64,000 nucleotides of DNA from contig CAVPHD010000006.1 of NCBI GenBank assembly GCA_963704165.1, positions 64,001 to 128,000 of the forward strand, given 5' to 3'. The translations under genes were made by a program, and so were the position numbers. Below, piece after piece: positions 9,621 through 19,414 of the stretch; position 1 is the first letter of the stretch, and each line of letters begins with the position of its first letter. Source of the stretch: an uncultured delta proteobacterium (GTDB lineage: Bacteria; Myxococcota_A; UBA9160; SZUA-336). The notes beneath the pieces are model-generated. The model was not told the origin of the DNA, searched no databases, and was given only the letters and a program-made list of their open reading frames with translations.

Positions 9621-10367
9621 GTGAGCACCGACCCGGGCGCCGAGATCCGAAGCTGGCTTCTGTCCACCACGGCGGCGACGCTCTCGACGCTCGCCGCGGA
9701 ATCCGACGTCGAGGGATGGCCGTTCGGATCACTCACTCCGTTCGCGCTGCGCGCGGACGGGACGCCGGTCGTGCTCGTGTCCGAGATCGCACAGCACACC
9801 CGGAACCTGCGCCGCGACCCGCGCGCCTCGCTCTTCGTCCGCGATCCGGCGGCGAAGGGCGACGCGCAGGCGAGCTGGCGCGTCACGATCCTCGCTCGCG
9901 CCCGCGCGCTCGCGACCGACGACGTCGAGCTCGAGGAGATCCACGCGCGCTACCGGGAACGCGTGCCGGCTGCGTCGTCGTACCTGGAAACCCACGACTT
10001 CACGTATTTCGCGCTCGAGCCGGTGCGTGTGCGCGCGATCGGGGGATTCGGCGCGATCGGATGGTTCGAGCCCGATGCGATGCTTCGCGATCCGCTCGGA
10101 GCCGGTCTTCGCGAGGCCTCAGACGGGATCCTCTCTCACATGAACGCCGATCACGAGGACGCACTGCGCGAGATCGTCGAGGCCGCGAGCGGCACGCGCC
10201 CCGGACGTGCGCGGATGACCTCGATCGATCGCGCCGGGTTCCTGGTCCGCACCGAGGCGCCGGACGATCTTCGCCATGTCGGGTTCGGTCGCGAGATCGA
10301 GGCGAGCGACGCGCGCGAGGTCTTCGTCGGACTCACGCGCGCCGCGCGGACGGCGCGTTCGAGCTAG
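9621..10367 (+). CDS. HugZ-like pyridoxamine 5'-phosphate oxidase family protein with DUF2470-type C-terminal domain
   Basis: ATLSTL, GWPFGSL, SEIAQHTRNL..DPRASL, HDF, IGGFGAIGW, HMNADH. Confidence 0.85.
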   Translation: MSTDPGAEIRSWLLSTTAATLSTLAAESDVEGWPFGSLTPFALRADGTPVVLVSEIAQHTRNLRRDPRASLFVRDPAAKGDAQASWRVTILARARALATDDVELEEIHARYRERVPAASSYLETHDFTYFALEPVRVRAIGGFGAIGWFEPDAMLRDPLGAGLREASDGILSHMNADHEDALREIVEAASGTRPGRARMTSIDRAGFLVRTEAPDDLRHVGFGREIEASDAREVFVGLTRAARTARSS

Positions 10368-10388
10368 TTCCGAGGATCGCCGGCGCGC

Positions 10389-11565
10389 TCAGAACCCGTG
10401 CAGTGTCGGAAACTCGTCGCGCTCGCGAACGCAGTCCCAGAGAAAGCAGGCGAGCCCGAGGTCGCCGGTCCAGAGCGAGGTTCGGCCGCGTCCGTGATGC
10501 GCCCGCTCGCCCTCCCACTGCCCGATCGCGTGCATCGCGAAGGCGCGCGCGCGGTCCAGCCAGATGCCCCCGCCCGTGCGCCGGTAGAGACACAGAAACG
10601 CGTAGCCGTTCCCCGCCGTGCCGTGACAGAGACCCGATCCCTTCGCGAGCGGTCCGGCGCGCCAGGTCAGCTCCCCGCCCATGCGCAGGAGTTCCTCGAG
10701 ACGCGAGCCCTCGCGCTTCGCGAGTCGCGCGAGCGCGACGATCACCCCCGGTGCCCCGTGACAGATCTGTACGAGCATCGCCTCGCGACCCGGGAGAGGC
10801 GTTCCGACGCTCTGCGGCCAGTTCGCAAACCCGTTCTCGACCCGCGCCGTCGAAACGAACGTGCGTTCGATCTCGGGCTCTAGGTCTCGCGCGTGGCCGG
10901 CCCGAATCAGCGCGCACGCGTTGCCCGCGAAGCCGTGCACGCAGCCGAGCATCGCGACGCGCGCCCCCCAGGACTGCGTCCAGAGCGCGCAACCGTGATC
11001 GGGGTCGAAGGCGAGCTTTCCCCGGATGCTCGTCGCCAGGTCTCGGACGAGCTCCCGAAGCCGCGGATCGCCCGTCTCCTCGACGAGCGCGGCCGTTGCG
11101 AGGAGCGCTCCCGGTTCGCCCGCGCAGAGCTCGTTCGATTCGTGGCCGAGACTCCCGCGCCCGGCCGCGATCAGGCGCTCGATGAAGACGCGGCCGCGCG
11201 TGACACGGTGACCGACGAGCGAGATTCCCACTTCACCGAACATGAAGCCGCTTCGCGCCAGCGGATGCGCTTCGATGCCGACGCGCGGGCGATCGACGAG
11301 CGACTCGACGATCGGGGTCCAGTCGCGGACTCGCAGGACGGCGCCCTGCTCCGCCAGTCGATCGATCGCGAAGATCACGCCGGCCGCCCCCGCGTAGAGC
11401 GCAACCGCGGGCGAGTCGCCATCGAGCGGGTGCGCGGGCCAGAGACGGCCCGGGTCGAAGACCCGCTCGGTCTCCGCGACGATCCGCGCCACGGTCTCCC
11501 GCGCGCGCGTCTCGTCCCAGGCGCGCTCGCTGCAGCGCTTCGTGGCGCTCGGACTCGAAGAGCAC
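10389..11565 (-). CDS. Stand-alone LanC-like (lanthionine synthetase C family) protein (frameshift near 11525)
   Basis: LYAGAAG, GCVHGFAG, QICHGAPG, GLCHGTAGNGY, SLWTGDLG repeats; N-terminus MLFESERHEAL in the adjacent frame. Confidence 0.85.
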
Positions 11566-11573
11566 GTGCGCGC

Positions 11574-11945
11574 CTACTCGCGACCGTAGGTCTCGTGCGG
11601 CCGTGACGGCAGGAAGGCCTTCAGCTCATCGACGGCAGTTCGCTGATCGAGTCCGTAGTCGGAGACGTAGCTCGCGCGCGCGAGAATGTGCGTGGCCGCC
11701 GGGGAGGTCAGGAACTGGAAGTAGATCGCGAACGCTCCGCGAACGACGACCCAGGTCTCGGTCGGCGCAAAGGTGATCATGGGCGCGAGGATGATCAGCG
11801 AGACACCGAGCGTGCCGGCCTTGCCCGCCGCGTGCATGCGGCAGTACACGTCGGGGAAGCGCAAGAGACCCAGGCAGGCCACGACGATCAGGAACGTGCC
11901 GAGGATCATCATCACGGCGGCGAAGAGTTCGAGCAGGGTCGGCAT
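11574..11945 (-). CDS. mrpG: Mrp Na+/H+ antiporter subunit G
   Basis: GLLRFPDVYCRMHAAGK, FLTSPAATH; operon position. Confidence 0.92.
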   Translation of the reverse strand: MPTLLELFAAVMMILGTFLIVVACLGLLRFPDVYCRMHAAGKAGTLGVSLIILAPMITFAPTETWVVVRGAFAIYFQFLTSPAATHILARASYVSDYGLDQRTAVDELKAFLPSRPHETYGRE

Positions 11946-12220
11946 CAGAACAGCTTCCCCTTCTCGAGGTAGCGGGCGATCGCGACGGACCCGAGGTAGC
12001 TGACGAGCGTCAGGATCCAGACCGCGTCGAAGTACAGCGAGGAGCCGCCGAGCATGCAGAGAAGGCAGATCAGGCCGATGAACACGATCGTCAGCGTGTC
12101 GAGCGCGATCGCCCGATCCGCGGCGCTCGGACCGATCACCAGGCGGTGCAGGCACAGCGCCCCGCCGCCAAAGAGCGAGGCGACGCAGACGAGCGCGATC
12201 ACGTAGAGGAACGGACTCAT
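11945..12220 (-). CDS. mrpF: Mrp Na+/H+ antiporter subunit F
   Basis: GPSAADRAIALD, VAIARYLE. Confidence 0.92.
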   Translation of the reverse strand: MSPFLYVIALVCVASLFGGGALCLHRLVIGPSAADRAIALDTLTIVFIGLICLLCMLGGSSLYFDAVWILTLVSYLGSVAIARYLEKGKLF

Positions 12221-12582
12221 GGGCTCTTCCTCGGCGGCCAGCCCCCGGGGCGCGTCCACTTCAGGATGTTCGCCTCGAGGGTCTGTCGGACGTCACGGCG
12301 CACCGCGTCGGGATCGTCGCCGACGTCGAGCGCGTGGATGATGATCTTCCGGTGATCCGACTCGATGTGGACCGAGATCGTTCCCGGCGTGAGCGTGATC
12401 GAATTCGCGAGCAAGGTGATCTCGAAGTCGCTCTCGCACTCCATGTCCACGGCGAGGAATCCGGGCCGGAAGTCGAGGTTGGGCCGAAGCACCGCCCGGG
12501 TGACCTGGTACGTCGAGACCGTGAGTGCCTTCAAGAAGATGAAGCCGTACCGGATCATGTAGCCGAACCGGACGAGGATCAT
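12217..12582 (-). CDS. mrpE: Mrp Na+/H+ antiporter subunit E
   Basis: LLANSITLTPGT, IHALD. Confidence 0.92.
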   Translation of the reverse strand: MILVRFGYMIRYGFIFLKALTVSTYQVTRAVLRPNLDFRPGFLAVDMECESDFEITLLANSITLTPGTISVHIESDHRKIIIHALDVGDDPDAVRRDVRQTLEANILKWTRPGGWPPRKSP

Positions 12583-14129
12583 GGCGTCTCCGCTCGCATC
12601 GACGTCCGCAGCGTCGCGACTTCGGGGACCGGCACGAGCACCGCCTCCTGATAGGCGCGTGGATCGAGCAGGTCGCGGGCCGCGTCGTTCGCGAGCCTGA
12701 GGAAGGGCTCCGCCACGACGCCCATCAAGACCGTGAACGCCACCAGCACGGCCGTCGGCGCCATCATCCCGCGGTACCGGCCCACGGCCGACGCGCGCGA
12801 CGGCGCGCGCCAGAATGCGTAGTTCCAGATCTTGCTCATCGAGTACAGCGTGAGAAGGCTCGTCACGAGCGCCACGAGCACGATCACGAAGTGATCGCCT
12901 GCGAGTCCCGCGCGGATCAGCACGAACTTCGCGAAGAAGCCCGAGAACGGAGGCATTCCGGCGAGCGAGAACGCAGCGACGAGGAACAGCACCGAGACAC
13001 CCGGAGCGAGCTGCACGATGCCGCCCATCCCGCGCAGCTCCTGCGATCCCGAAACCCGCCCCGCGATGCCGCCGATCAGGAACAAGCTCGCCTTCACGAT
13101 GATGTGGTGGACGACGTAGAAGATCGTCGCCGCCACCGCGGCCTGCGCGACTCCCGCACCGCTCGCGGCGAGCCCGATTCCCATGATCATGTAGCCGACC
13201 TGGCTGATGATGTGCCACGAGAGGATCTTGCGGATCTCCCACTGGCACAGCGCGCCGAGCACGCCGAAGAGCATCGTGAAGCCCGACAGGATCAGCAGGA
13301 CCTCGAGCACGAGCTCGGCGCCGGGCTGACGGAAGCAGAGCACGAAGAGCCGGAGCAGCGAGTACACACCTACCTTCGTCAAGAGGCCGGCGAAGAAGCC
13401 ATTCATTCCCGCGGGCACGATCGGGTACGAGTCGGGAAGCCAGAAGAAGATCGGGAAGGCGGCTGCCTTGAGCGCGAATACGACCATCAGCACCATCGAC
13501 ACCGCGGTCACGAGCGCGGCCCGCTCGCCTTCGAGCTGCGCCGAGCGCAAGGCGATGTCGGCCATGTTCAGCGTGCCGAGGGTCGCGTAGACCAGACCGC
13601 AGCCGACGACGAAGAGCGTCGAGCCGATCGTGTTGATCGCGATGTACTTCATCGTCTGCCGGACCTGTTGCTTCGACGCGCCGACCATCATCACGCCGTA
13701 CGAGCCGATCAGCATGACTTCGTACGCGACGAACAGGTTGAAGAGATCTCCGGTGATGAACGACCAGTTCACGCCGAGCAGCAGGATCTGCGAGAGCGGG
13801 TGAAAGAAGTACCGCTCCTGCCGGGGCTCGGCGGTGAAGCACGTGTAGACGAGAACGATCGTCCCCACCGACATCGCGAGACAGAGCATGATCCCGGCCA
13901 GGCGATCCGCGACGAACGCGATTCCCCAGGGTGCGAACCAGCCGCCGATCACCGTCGCCTGGATTCCGTTCTGATCGACGTAGGTGAGCAGCCAGAAGAC
14001 GAAGACCGTGAGCCCCGCGCTCGAAATCAGATTGATCGCGCGCTCGAGCCGCGGGTGGCCGGAGAGCAGCGCGAGCAAGACCGCGGTGAGGAACGGCACG
14101 AGCACGGGAAGGACGAGCAGGCGATTCAC
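12579..14129 (-). CDS. mrpD: Mrp Na+/H+ antiporter subunit D
   Basis: GGWFAPWGI.FVADRL, TGDLFNLFVAYEVML, WLPDSYP, GLLTKVGVY, LAGMPPFSGF.AK. Confidence 0.94.
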   Translation of the reverse strand: MNRLLVLPVLVPFLTAVLLALLSGHPRLERAINLISSAGLTVFVFWLLTYVDQNGIQATVIGGWFAPWGIAFVADRLAGIMLCLAMSVGTIVLVYTCFTAEPRQERYFFHPLSQILLLGVNWSFITGDLFNLFVAYEVMLIGSYGVMMVGASKQQVRQTMKYIAINTIGSTLFVVGCGLVYATLGTLNMADIALRSAQLEGERAALVTAVSMVLMVVFALKAAAFPIFFWLPDSYPIVPAGMNGFFAGLLTKVGVYSLLRLFVLCFRQPGAELVLEVLLILSGFTMLFGVLGALCQWEIRKILSWHIISQVGYMIMGIGLAASGAGVAQAAVAATIFYVVHHIIVKASLFLIGGIAGRVSGSQELRGMGGIVQLAPGVSVLFLVAAFSLAGMPPFSGFFAKFVLIRAGLAGDHFVIVLVALVTSLLTLYSMSKIWNYAFWRAPSRASAVGRYRGMMAPTAVLVAFTVLMGVVAEPFLRLANDAARDLLDPRAYQEAVLVPVPEVATLRTSMRAETP

Positions 14130-14467
14130 GCGAGCGAGTCCGGTGGCAGCTGCTCGGGGTCGTCGGTCCCGTGATCGACGTAGACCTGGTACGAGACCGT
14201 GAGCAAGAGCGCTCCGACCGCGAAGCTGATCACGATCGCGGTCAGGATGATGTCGGGCGGCAGTGGGTCCATCATCGGACCCGCGCCGTCCCGGATGAAC
14301 GGGGACTCCCAGGCCGCCGAGTAGCCGCCGCACGTGATCAGAAGCAGGTTTGCGGCGTTCGAGTAGAGCCCGAAGCCCATGACGATGCGGATCAGGCTCG
14401 GGCGCAGGATCATGTAGGTGCCGGCCGCGAACATGATGCCGATCACGGCCGCCATCAGGAACTCCAC
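14126..14467 (-). CDS. mrpC: Mrp Na+/H+ antiporter subunit C
   Basis: GGAGG SD plus GTG; NAANLLL, DPLP..IILTAIVISFA. Confidence 0.92.
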   Translation of the reverse strand: MEFLMAAVIGIMFAAGTYMILRPSLIRIVMGFGLYSNAANLLLITCGGYSAAWESPFIRDGAGPMMDPLPPDIILTAIVISFAVGALLLTVSYQVYVDHGTDDPEQLPPDSLA

Positions 14468-14880
14468 GGTCGATCCTCCATGCCGAGCTCGACGAAGAGC
14501 GTCATCAGCGTTCCCAGCACGATCAGGTAGACGCCGAGATCGAAGAACGTCGCGCTCGGCAGATGTCCGTGACCGAGCAGCGGCAGGTGGTAGTCGAGGA
14601 TCACGTGGTCCATGAACGCCGTGCCAGTGAGCAGCGGCACGGTTCCGCTCGCGAGCGCGCAGAGAAGACCGAGCACCGAAAGGCGCCACCACGGGAAGCG
14701 CGCTGCACGGTCGAGGCCGAAGGCCAGCAGATACATCGCACCCGCCGCCGATGCGATCACGCCGGCGATGAAACCACCCCCGGGCAGATCGTGGCCTTGC
14801 ATGAAGATCTGGATGGACAGGATCAGGCAGAGCGGAATCGCGAGCCGAGCAACCGTCCGCAGAATCGGCGATTCGTGCAT
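14455..14880 (-). CDS. mrpB: Mrp Na+/H+ antiporter subunit B
   Basis: GHDLPGGGFIAG, FFDLGVYLIVLG. Confidence 0.92.
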   Translation of the reverse strand: MHESPILRTVARLAIPLCLILSIQIFMQGHDLPGGGFIAGVIASAAGAMYLLAFGLDRAARFPWWRLSVLGLLCALASGTVPLLTGTAFMDHVILDYHLPLLGHGHLPSATFFDLGVYLIVLGTLMTLFVELGMEDRPWSS

Positions 14881-17228
14881 CAGCCCTCCGCCCTGCGCGC
14901 GCGCAGCAGTCCGTAGACGCAGAGCCCGACGACCACGAGGACGGTGATCTCGCCGGTCGTATCCATGGCGCGGAAGTCGACGATGATCACGTTCACGGCG
15001 TTGCGGCCTCCGGCCTCGCCGAGACTTCGCGCGAGGTAGTCCTGGCCGAGATTCCGCGTCTCGCGAAACGCCGGACTCGTGGCGAGCAGCACGAAGATGA
15101 ACATGGCGAAGCCGAACGAGCCCGAGACCGCCAGGTTCCAGGCGCTCTGCGCCGGGGAGAGACCATCGCGGCGGAACGTGGGCATGTGGTAGAGCACGAG
15201 CAGGATCACGACCGTCGAGACGGTCTCGATCAGGATCTGGGTGAGCAGGATGTCGGGCGAGCGGTAGACGGCGTAGACGAGCGCGACGAGAAAGCCGCTC
15301 GCGGTGAGCGCGAGCGCGGCACCGATGCGCGTCTCGGACCGGACGACCGCGACCGTCGAGATGACGATGAGCAAAGCGAGCCCGACGCTGAACCAGCCCA
15401 GGTTCTCGAAGCCGAGCTCGATGTTCGCGAGCGATACCCCGCCCGCCTCGAGGGCGAAGAAACCGGTCGCCGTCGTGAAGAGCACGATCACCGAGAAGTA
15501 CCAGCGCAGCGACCCGTTCTGCCACCACTGGCTGTAGCGCTCGGCGAAGCGCGTCACGCCCGCGACGCATCGATCCCAGACCTTCTGCGCATCGGGGAGA
15601 CGATCGAGACGGCCCTGCAACGCTTCGACGCGCGAGCGCGAGCGATAGAGAACGACACCGATCGCGATCCCGACGAGCGAGAGCACGAGCGGACCGACGT
15701 GGTGCGGAAGCAGCGAGATCTCGAGCCTTTCGTTCGGTGCCGACGACAGCGCGTTCGCGAATCGCCCGATCATTCCGGAGTCGGAGAAGAGCCCGAGTCC
15801 GAGTGCTGCGAGCGCGAGTACCGCGGGAGGCAGCCAGAGCGCCGGGCTCTCGCCGTGCGCGGCGTGTCCACCGTCGTGATCGTCGTGATGCCCTTGGGCC
15901 GGACGGCCGCCGAGGAAGGCGCCGATCAGGAACTTCAGACCGGCCGCGAGGAGAAAGGCGTTCCCGACCACGATCCCCGCGATCACGAGTCCGTGCACGA
16001 GCGGAACTCCGCCCAGCATCGGGCTCGCGAGCAGCGATCCGTACAGCGCCTCCTTCGCGACGAAGCCGAAGAGCGGCGGCAGGCCGCCCATCGAGAACAC
16101 GCAGAGCAGGCAGAGCACGAAGCTGATCGGCAGCTTCGTGCGCAGCCCGCCGAGCTCTCGCAGATCGCGCGTGCCGGTCGCGTGCTCGATGATGCCGGCG
16201 ACCATGAACAGCGTTCCCTTGTACGTCGCGTGCGACAGGATCTGCAGCGCATCCTGCTCGGGAATCCGCAGACCGTAAGCGAGCGTCACGAGTCCCAACG
16301 TCGAAACCGTGCTGTACGCGAGCAGCGCCTTCAGGTCGTTCTCGCGGAACGACTGCCAGGCGCCGAGGAAGAACGTCGCCAGTCCAACCGGCGCGACGAG
16401 GAGCGGCCAGATCTCCGACGCCGCGAAGAGCGGGCTCACGCGTGCGAGCAGGAAGATTCCCGCCTTCACCATGGTCGCGGAGTGCAGGTAGGTCGAGATC
16501 GGCGTCGGGGCGACCATCGCCCCGGGCAGCCAGAAGTGGAACGGGATCTGAGCCGACTTCGTGAACGCCCCGGCGAGAACGAGCAAGAGCGCCGGCACGA
16601 ACGCGGGCGAAGCGGTGAGCGCCTCGCGGCGCGTCTCGTCCGCGATGATCTCGCTCAGCGCGAACGATCCGGTCTCGAGTCCGATCAGTACGAAGCCGGC
16701 CAGCATCGCGAGGCCGCCCATCGCCGTGACGAGGAGCGCGGTGAGCGCGCCGGCGCGTGCCGCGTCGCGCTCGTACCAGAAGCCGATCAGCAGGTAGGAG
16801 CTGATGCTGGTGATCTCCCAGAAGAGGAAGAGCAGGACCAGGTCGTCGGCCAGGGCGATGCCGAGCATCGCGCCCATGAATGCGGTGAGCGCCGCGTAGT
16901 AGCGCCCGATGCGCGCGGCGCCGAGATCGGCCGACGTGTAGCCGAGCGAGTAGACGCTCACCAGGAATCCGATTCCCGCCACCAGCAGCGCGAAGAACGC
17001 GGCGAACCCGTCGGCGCGCAGTCGGAAGCTGATGCCGAGCGAGGGAATCCACTCGTGGCTTTCGAGGATGGCGCTCTCCGCGCCGACGAGCGGTAGGGCG
17101 GCCGCGAACGAGAAGCCCGCAGTCACGGCCATCAGCACGCCCGACCCGCGTCCGAGCACGCGACCGAGCAACGCGATGAGAAGTGCGCCGACGAAGGGTA
17201 CGACGACGATCGCGGAGAGCGGGCTCAT
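14880..17228 (-). CDS. mrpA: Mrp Na+/H+ antiporter subunit A
   Basis: FWEITSISSYLLIGFW, KSAQIPFHFWLPGAM.APTP.S.YLHSATMVKAG, NAVNVIIVDFRAMDT.GE. Confidence 0.95.
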   Translation of the reverse strand: MSPLSAIVVVPFVGALLIALLGRVLGRGSGVLMAVTAGFSFAAALPLVGAESAILESHEWIPSLGISFRLRADGFAAFFALLVAGIGFLVSVYSLGYTSADLGAARIGRYYAALTAFMGAMLGIALADDLVLLFLFWEITSISSYLLIGFWYERDAARAGALTALLVTAMGGLAMLAGFVLIGLETGSFALSEIIADETRREALTASPAFVPALLLVLAGAFTKSAQIPFHFWLPGAMVAPTPISTYLHSATMVKAGIFLLARVSPLFAASEIWPLLVAPVGLATFFLGAWQSFRENDLKALLAYSTVSTLGLVTLAYGLRIPEQDALQILSHATYKGTLFMVAGIIEHATGTRDLRELGGLRTKLPISFVLCLLCVFSMGGLPPLFGFVAKEALYGSLLASPMLGGVPLVHGLVIAGIVVGNAFLLAAGLKFLIGAFLGGRPAQGHHDDHDGGHAAHGESPALWLPPAVLALAALGLGLFSDSGMIGRFANALSSAPNERLEISLLPHHVGPLVLSLVGIAIGVVLYRSRSRVEALQGRLDRLPDAQKVWDRCVAGVTRFAERYSQWWQNGSLRWYFSVIVLFTTATGFFALEAGGVSLANIELGFENLGWFSVGLALLIVISTVAVVRSETRIGAALALTASGFLVALVYAVYRSPDILLTQILIETVSTVVILLVLYHMPTFRRDGLSPAQSAWNLAVSGSFGFAMFIFVLLATSPAFRETRNLGQDYLARSLGEAGGRNAVNVIIVDFRAMDTTGEITVLVVVGLCVYGLLRARRAEG

Positions 17229-17296
17229 CCGAACGGCGCACTCGCACCGAGCACAGGCCGAGCGTCGACACGCGCAAGCTCGACTCGATGACTCAT
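17225..17296 (-). CDS. Putative 23-aa leader ORF (MSHRVELARVDARPVLGASAPFG) coupled to mrpA
   Basis: GGAGG SD; TATGAT -10 at 17316-17321; stop overlaps the mrpA start (ATGA); mrpA has no SD of its own. Confidence 0.45.
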   Translation of the reverse strand: MSHRVELARVDARPVLGASAPFG

Positions 17297-17316
17297 CCGA
17301 CCCCTCCGGTCGCGTA

Positions 17317-18699
17317 TCATATACGGGCTTCGCGGAGAATCGGCGCGGGTGTGATGCGCAGAGCGAGCGCCGGCGATCCGTCTCCCGGACCGGGCAGCGT
17401 CACGTCGAGACCGTTCGCGTCGCTCGTGAACGGGAGCGGCCCCGTCCGGCCGAGGAGCTCGATCGTCGCATGCGGTGCCGCCGCGAGCGTGGGGATGCGG
17501 ACGCGCGGGTGCGCCGGCGTGCCGAGCAGGATCGCGTACACCGAATCGGCCTTGCGCGTGAAGCGCAGCTCGAGGCCGTCGTCCGTCGACGCCGACGCTC
17601 GAATCCACGGTCGCGTGCCGAAGATCGCCTCCGCATTCACGTCGAGCCACGCTCCCAGACCGACCAGCCGCTCGACCTGCGGCCAGGGGATCGATCCGTC
17701 GCCCGTCGGCCCCACGTTGAGCAGCAGGTTGCCGTTCTTCGAAACCACGTCGACGAAGAGGTGCACGAGCCTCTCGACGGACAGCAGGTCCGCGCTCGTC
17801 TCGGCGCGGTTCCAGCCGAACGAGTTGCCGATGCCGCGGCACGCCTCCCACTTCGTCGGGACGATGTCCGCGAGCACGCCGTACTCCGGCGTGGTGAAGT
17901 CGTGGTGTCGCTCCTCGACGGCGTAGCCGAACGTCGTGAAGCGGTTGTTCACGACGCCGTCGGGAACGCGCTGGTAGTAGTCGGCCATGAGCCGGAGCGG
18001 CTCCGCCGCTTTCGGGTAGCCGATGTCGTTCCAGAGCACCGACGGCTCGTAGCGCTCGATCAGCTCGCGCCAGTGCGCATCCGCATGAGCCGCGTACACC
18101 GCGCCCTGCGGGATCGCCTTCGCAAGGCCCGCGAGGTCGCGCACGGGCCGGCCTTCGAAGGGCCAGTCGATTCCGCCCGAGTAATAGAGCCCCATGCGCA
18201 TTCCGGCGCCGCGCACCGAGCGGGTCAGGTCGCCGACCAGGTCGCGCTCGCTCTGCCAATCGCGAAGATGCGGACTTCGGTGCGAACTCGGCCAGAGCAG
18301 GAACCCGTCGTGGTGCTTGGTCGTCAGAACCACGTAGCGCGCGCCGGCGCGCTCGAAGAGCCGCGTCCAGGGCTCCGGACTCCAGTTGCGCGTGGCCGCG
18401 CGGAACCGCGCGCCGAATCGCTCGTAAGGGAAGTCGCGCCCCCAGGTCGCGTCGTGATGTGCGCGCGTCGCGCTCTCGGGAAATGCGAGCGTGTTCCAGT
18501 ACCACTCCGCGTACGGGTTGCTCGCGAACGCCTTCTCCCATCCGTCCTTCGCGAGGTCGGGGATCGAGACGCCCGTGCGCGCCCAGGCGGGAATCGAGTA
18601 CGGGCCCCAGTGAACGAAGATCCCGAGCTTCGCGTCGTCGAACCATCGCGGCAGCGGGCGCTCGTCGAGCGAAGTCCGGAGCGGTTCGTACCGTGACAC
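17317..18699 (-). CDS. Alpha-L-fucosidase (GH29)
   Basis: WFDDAKLGIFVHWG, YAEWY, AGARYVVLTTKHHDGF.LW, LWND, WEACRGIGNSFG, VSKNGNLLLNVGP; probable leaderless GTG. Confidence 0.93.
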   Translation of the reverse strand: MSRYEPLRTSLDERPLPRWFDDAKLGIFVHWGPYSIPAWARTGVSIPDLAKDGWEKAFASNPYAEWYWNTLAFPESATRAHHDATWGRDFPYERFGARFRAATRNWSPEPWTRLFERAGARYVVLTTKHHDGFLLWPSSHRSPHLRDWQSERDLVGDLTRSVRGAGMRMGLYYSGGIDWPFEGRPVRDLAGLAKAIPQGAVYAAHADAHWRELIERYEPSVLWNDIGYPKAAEPLRLMADYYQRVPDGVVNNRFTTFGYAVEERHHDFTTPEYGVLADIVPTKWEACRGIGNSFGWNRAETSADLLSVERLVHLFVDVVSKNGNLLLNVGPTGDGSIPWPQVERLVGLGAWLDVNAEAIFGTRPWIRASASTDDGLELRFTRKADSVYAILLGTPAHPRVRIPTLAAAPHATIELLGRTGPLPFTSDANGLDVTLPGPGDGSPALALRITPAPILREARI

Positions 18700-18763
18700 C
18701 GAGTGATCATACACGCGCGATGGCGCGTGTTATCCTGCGCGCACTTCCCAGAGGAGATGCGTC

Positions 18764-19414
18764 GTGAAGTTCTATGACTCGCTCGGCCCGAATCCCCGCC
18801 TGGTTCGCATGTTCATGCTCGAGAAGGGAATCACGATTCCCGCGGAACAGGTGGACATCATGGCCGGTGCGAATCGCCGCGCGCCGTACACCGACAGGAA
18901 TCCGAGCGGTCAGATGCCCGCACTCGAGCTCGACAACGGAAAGATCCTCGCGGAGACGGTCGCCATCTGCGAGTACCTCGAGGACAAGAATCCGAATCCT
19001 CCGCTCGTCGGCCGCTCGCCCGAGGAGAAGGCCGAGACGCGAATGTGGACGCGCCGGATCGAGCTGAAGATCACCGGGCCACTCACCGACGGATTCCGGT
19101 ACGGCGAAGGGCTCGCGATGTTCAAGGATCGAATGCGCACGATTCCGCACGCCGCGGGAGACCTGAAAACGCTCGCGCAAGAGGGCCTCGCCTGGCTCGA
19201 GGGTCAGCTCGCCGGCCGCCAATGGATCTGTGGTGATCGCTTCACGATGGCCGACATCGTTCTCTACGCGTTCCTCGATTTCGGGACGGGCGTAGGACAG
19301 CCGCTCAACGCCGAACACAAGAACGTGTCGGCATGGTTCGAACGCGCCGGAAAGCGGCCGAGCGCCGAGGCGAGCCTCCATCCGGTGGCGAAGGCCGGCG
19401 GAATGCGCGCCTAG
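18764..19414 (+). CDS. Glutathione S-transferase family protein
   Basis: GPNPRLVRMF, NPSGQMPAL, AETVAICEYLE, FTMADI; GAGGAG SD. Confidence 0.92.
   Translation: MKFYDSLGPNPRLVRMFMLEKGITIPAEQVDIMAGANRRAPYTDRNPSGQMPALELDNGKILAETVAICEYLEDKNPNPPLVGRSPEEKAETRMWTRRIELKITGPLTDGFRYGEGLAMFKDRMRTIPHAAGDLKTLAQEGLAWLEGQLAGRQWICGDRFTMADIVLYAFLDFGTGVGQPLNAEHKNVSAWFERAGKRPSAEASLHPVAKAGGMRA

Noticed and set aside
7860..10367. Apparent sulfatase-HugZ fusion ORF (835 aa)
   Set aside because: Produced by sulfatase frameshifts; the sulfatase ends at 9618 and the HugZ-like gene starts at 9621
10389..11565. Lanthipeptide biosynthetic gene cluster
   Set aside because: No dehydratase, transporter or Cys/Ser-rich precursor nearby
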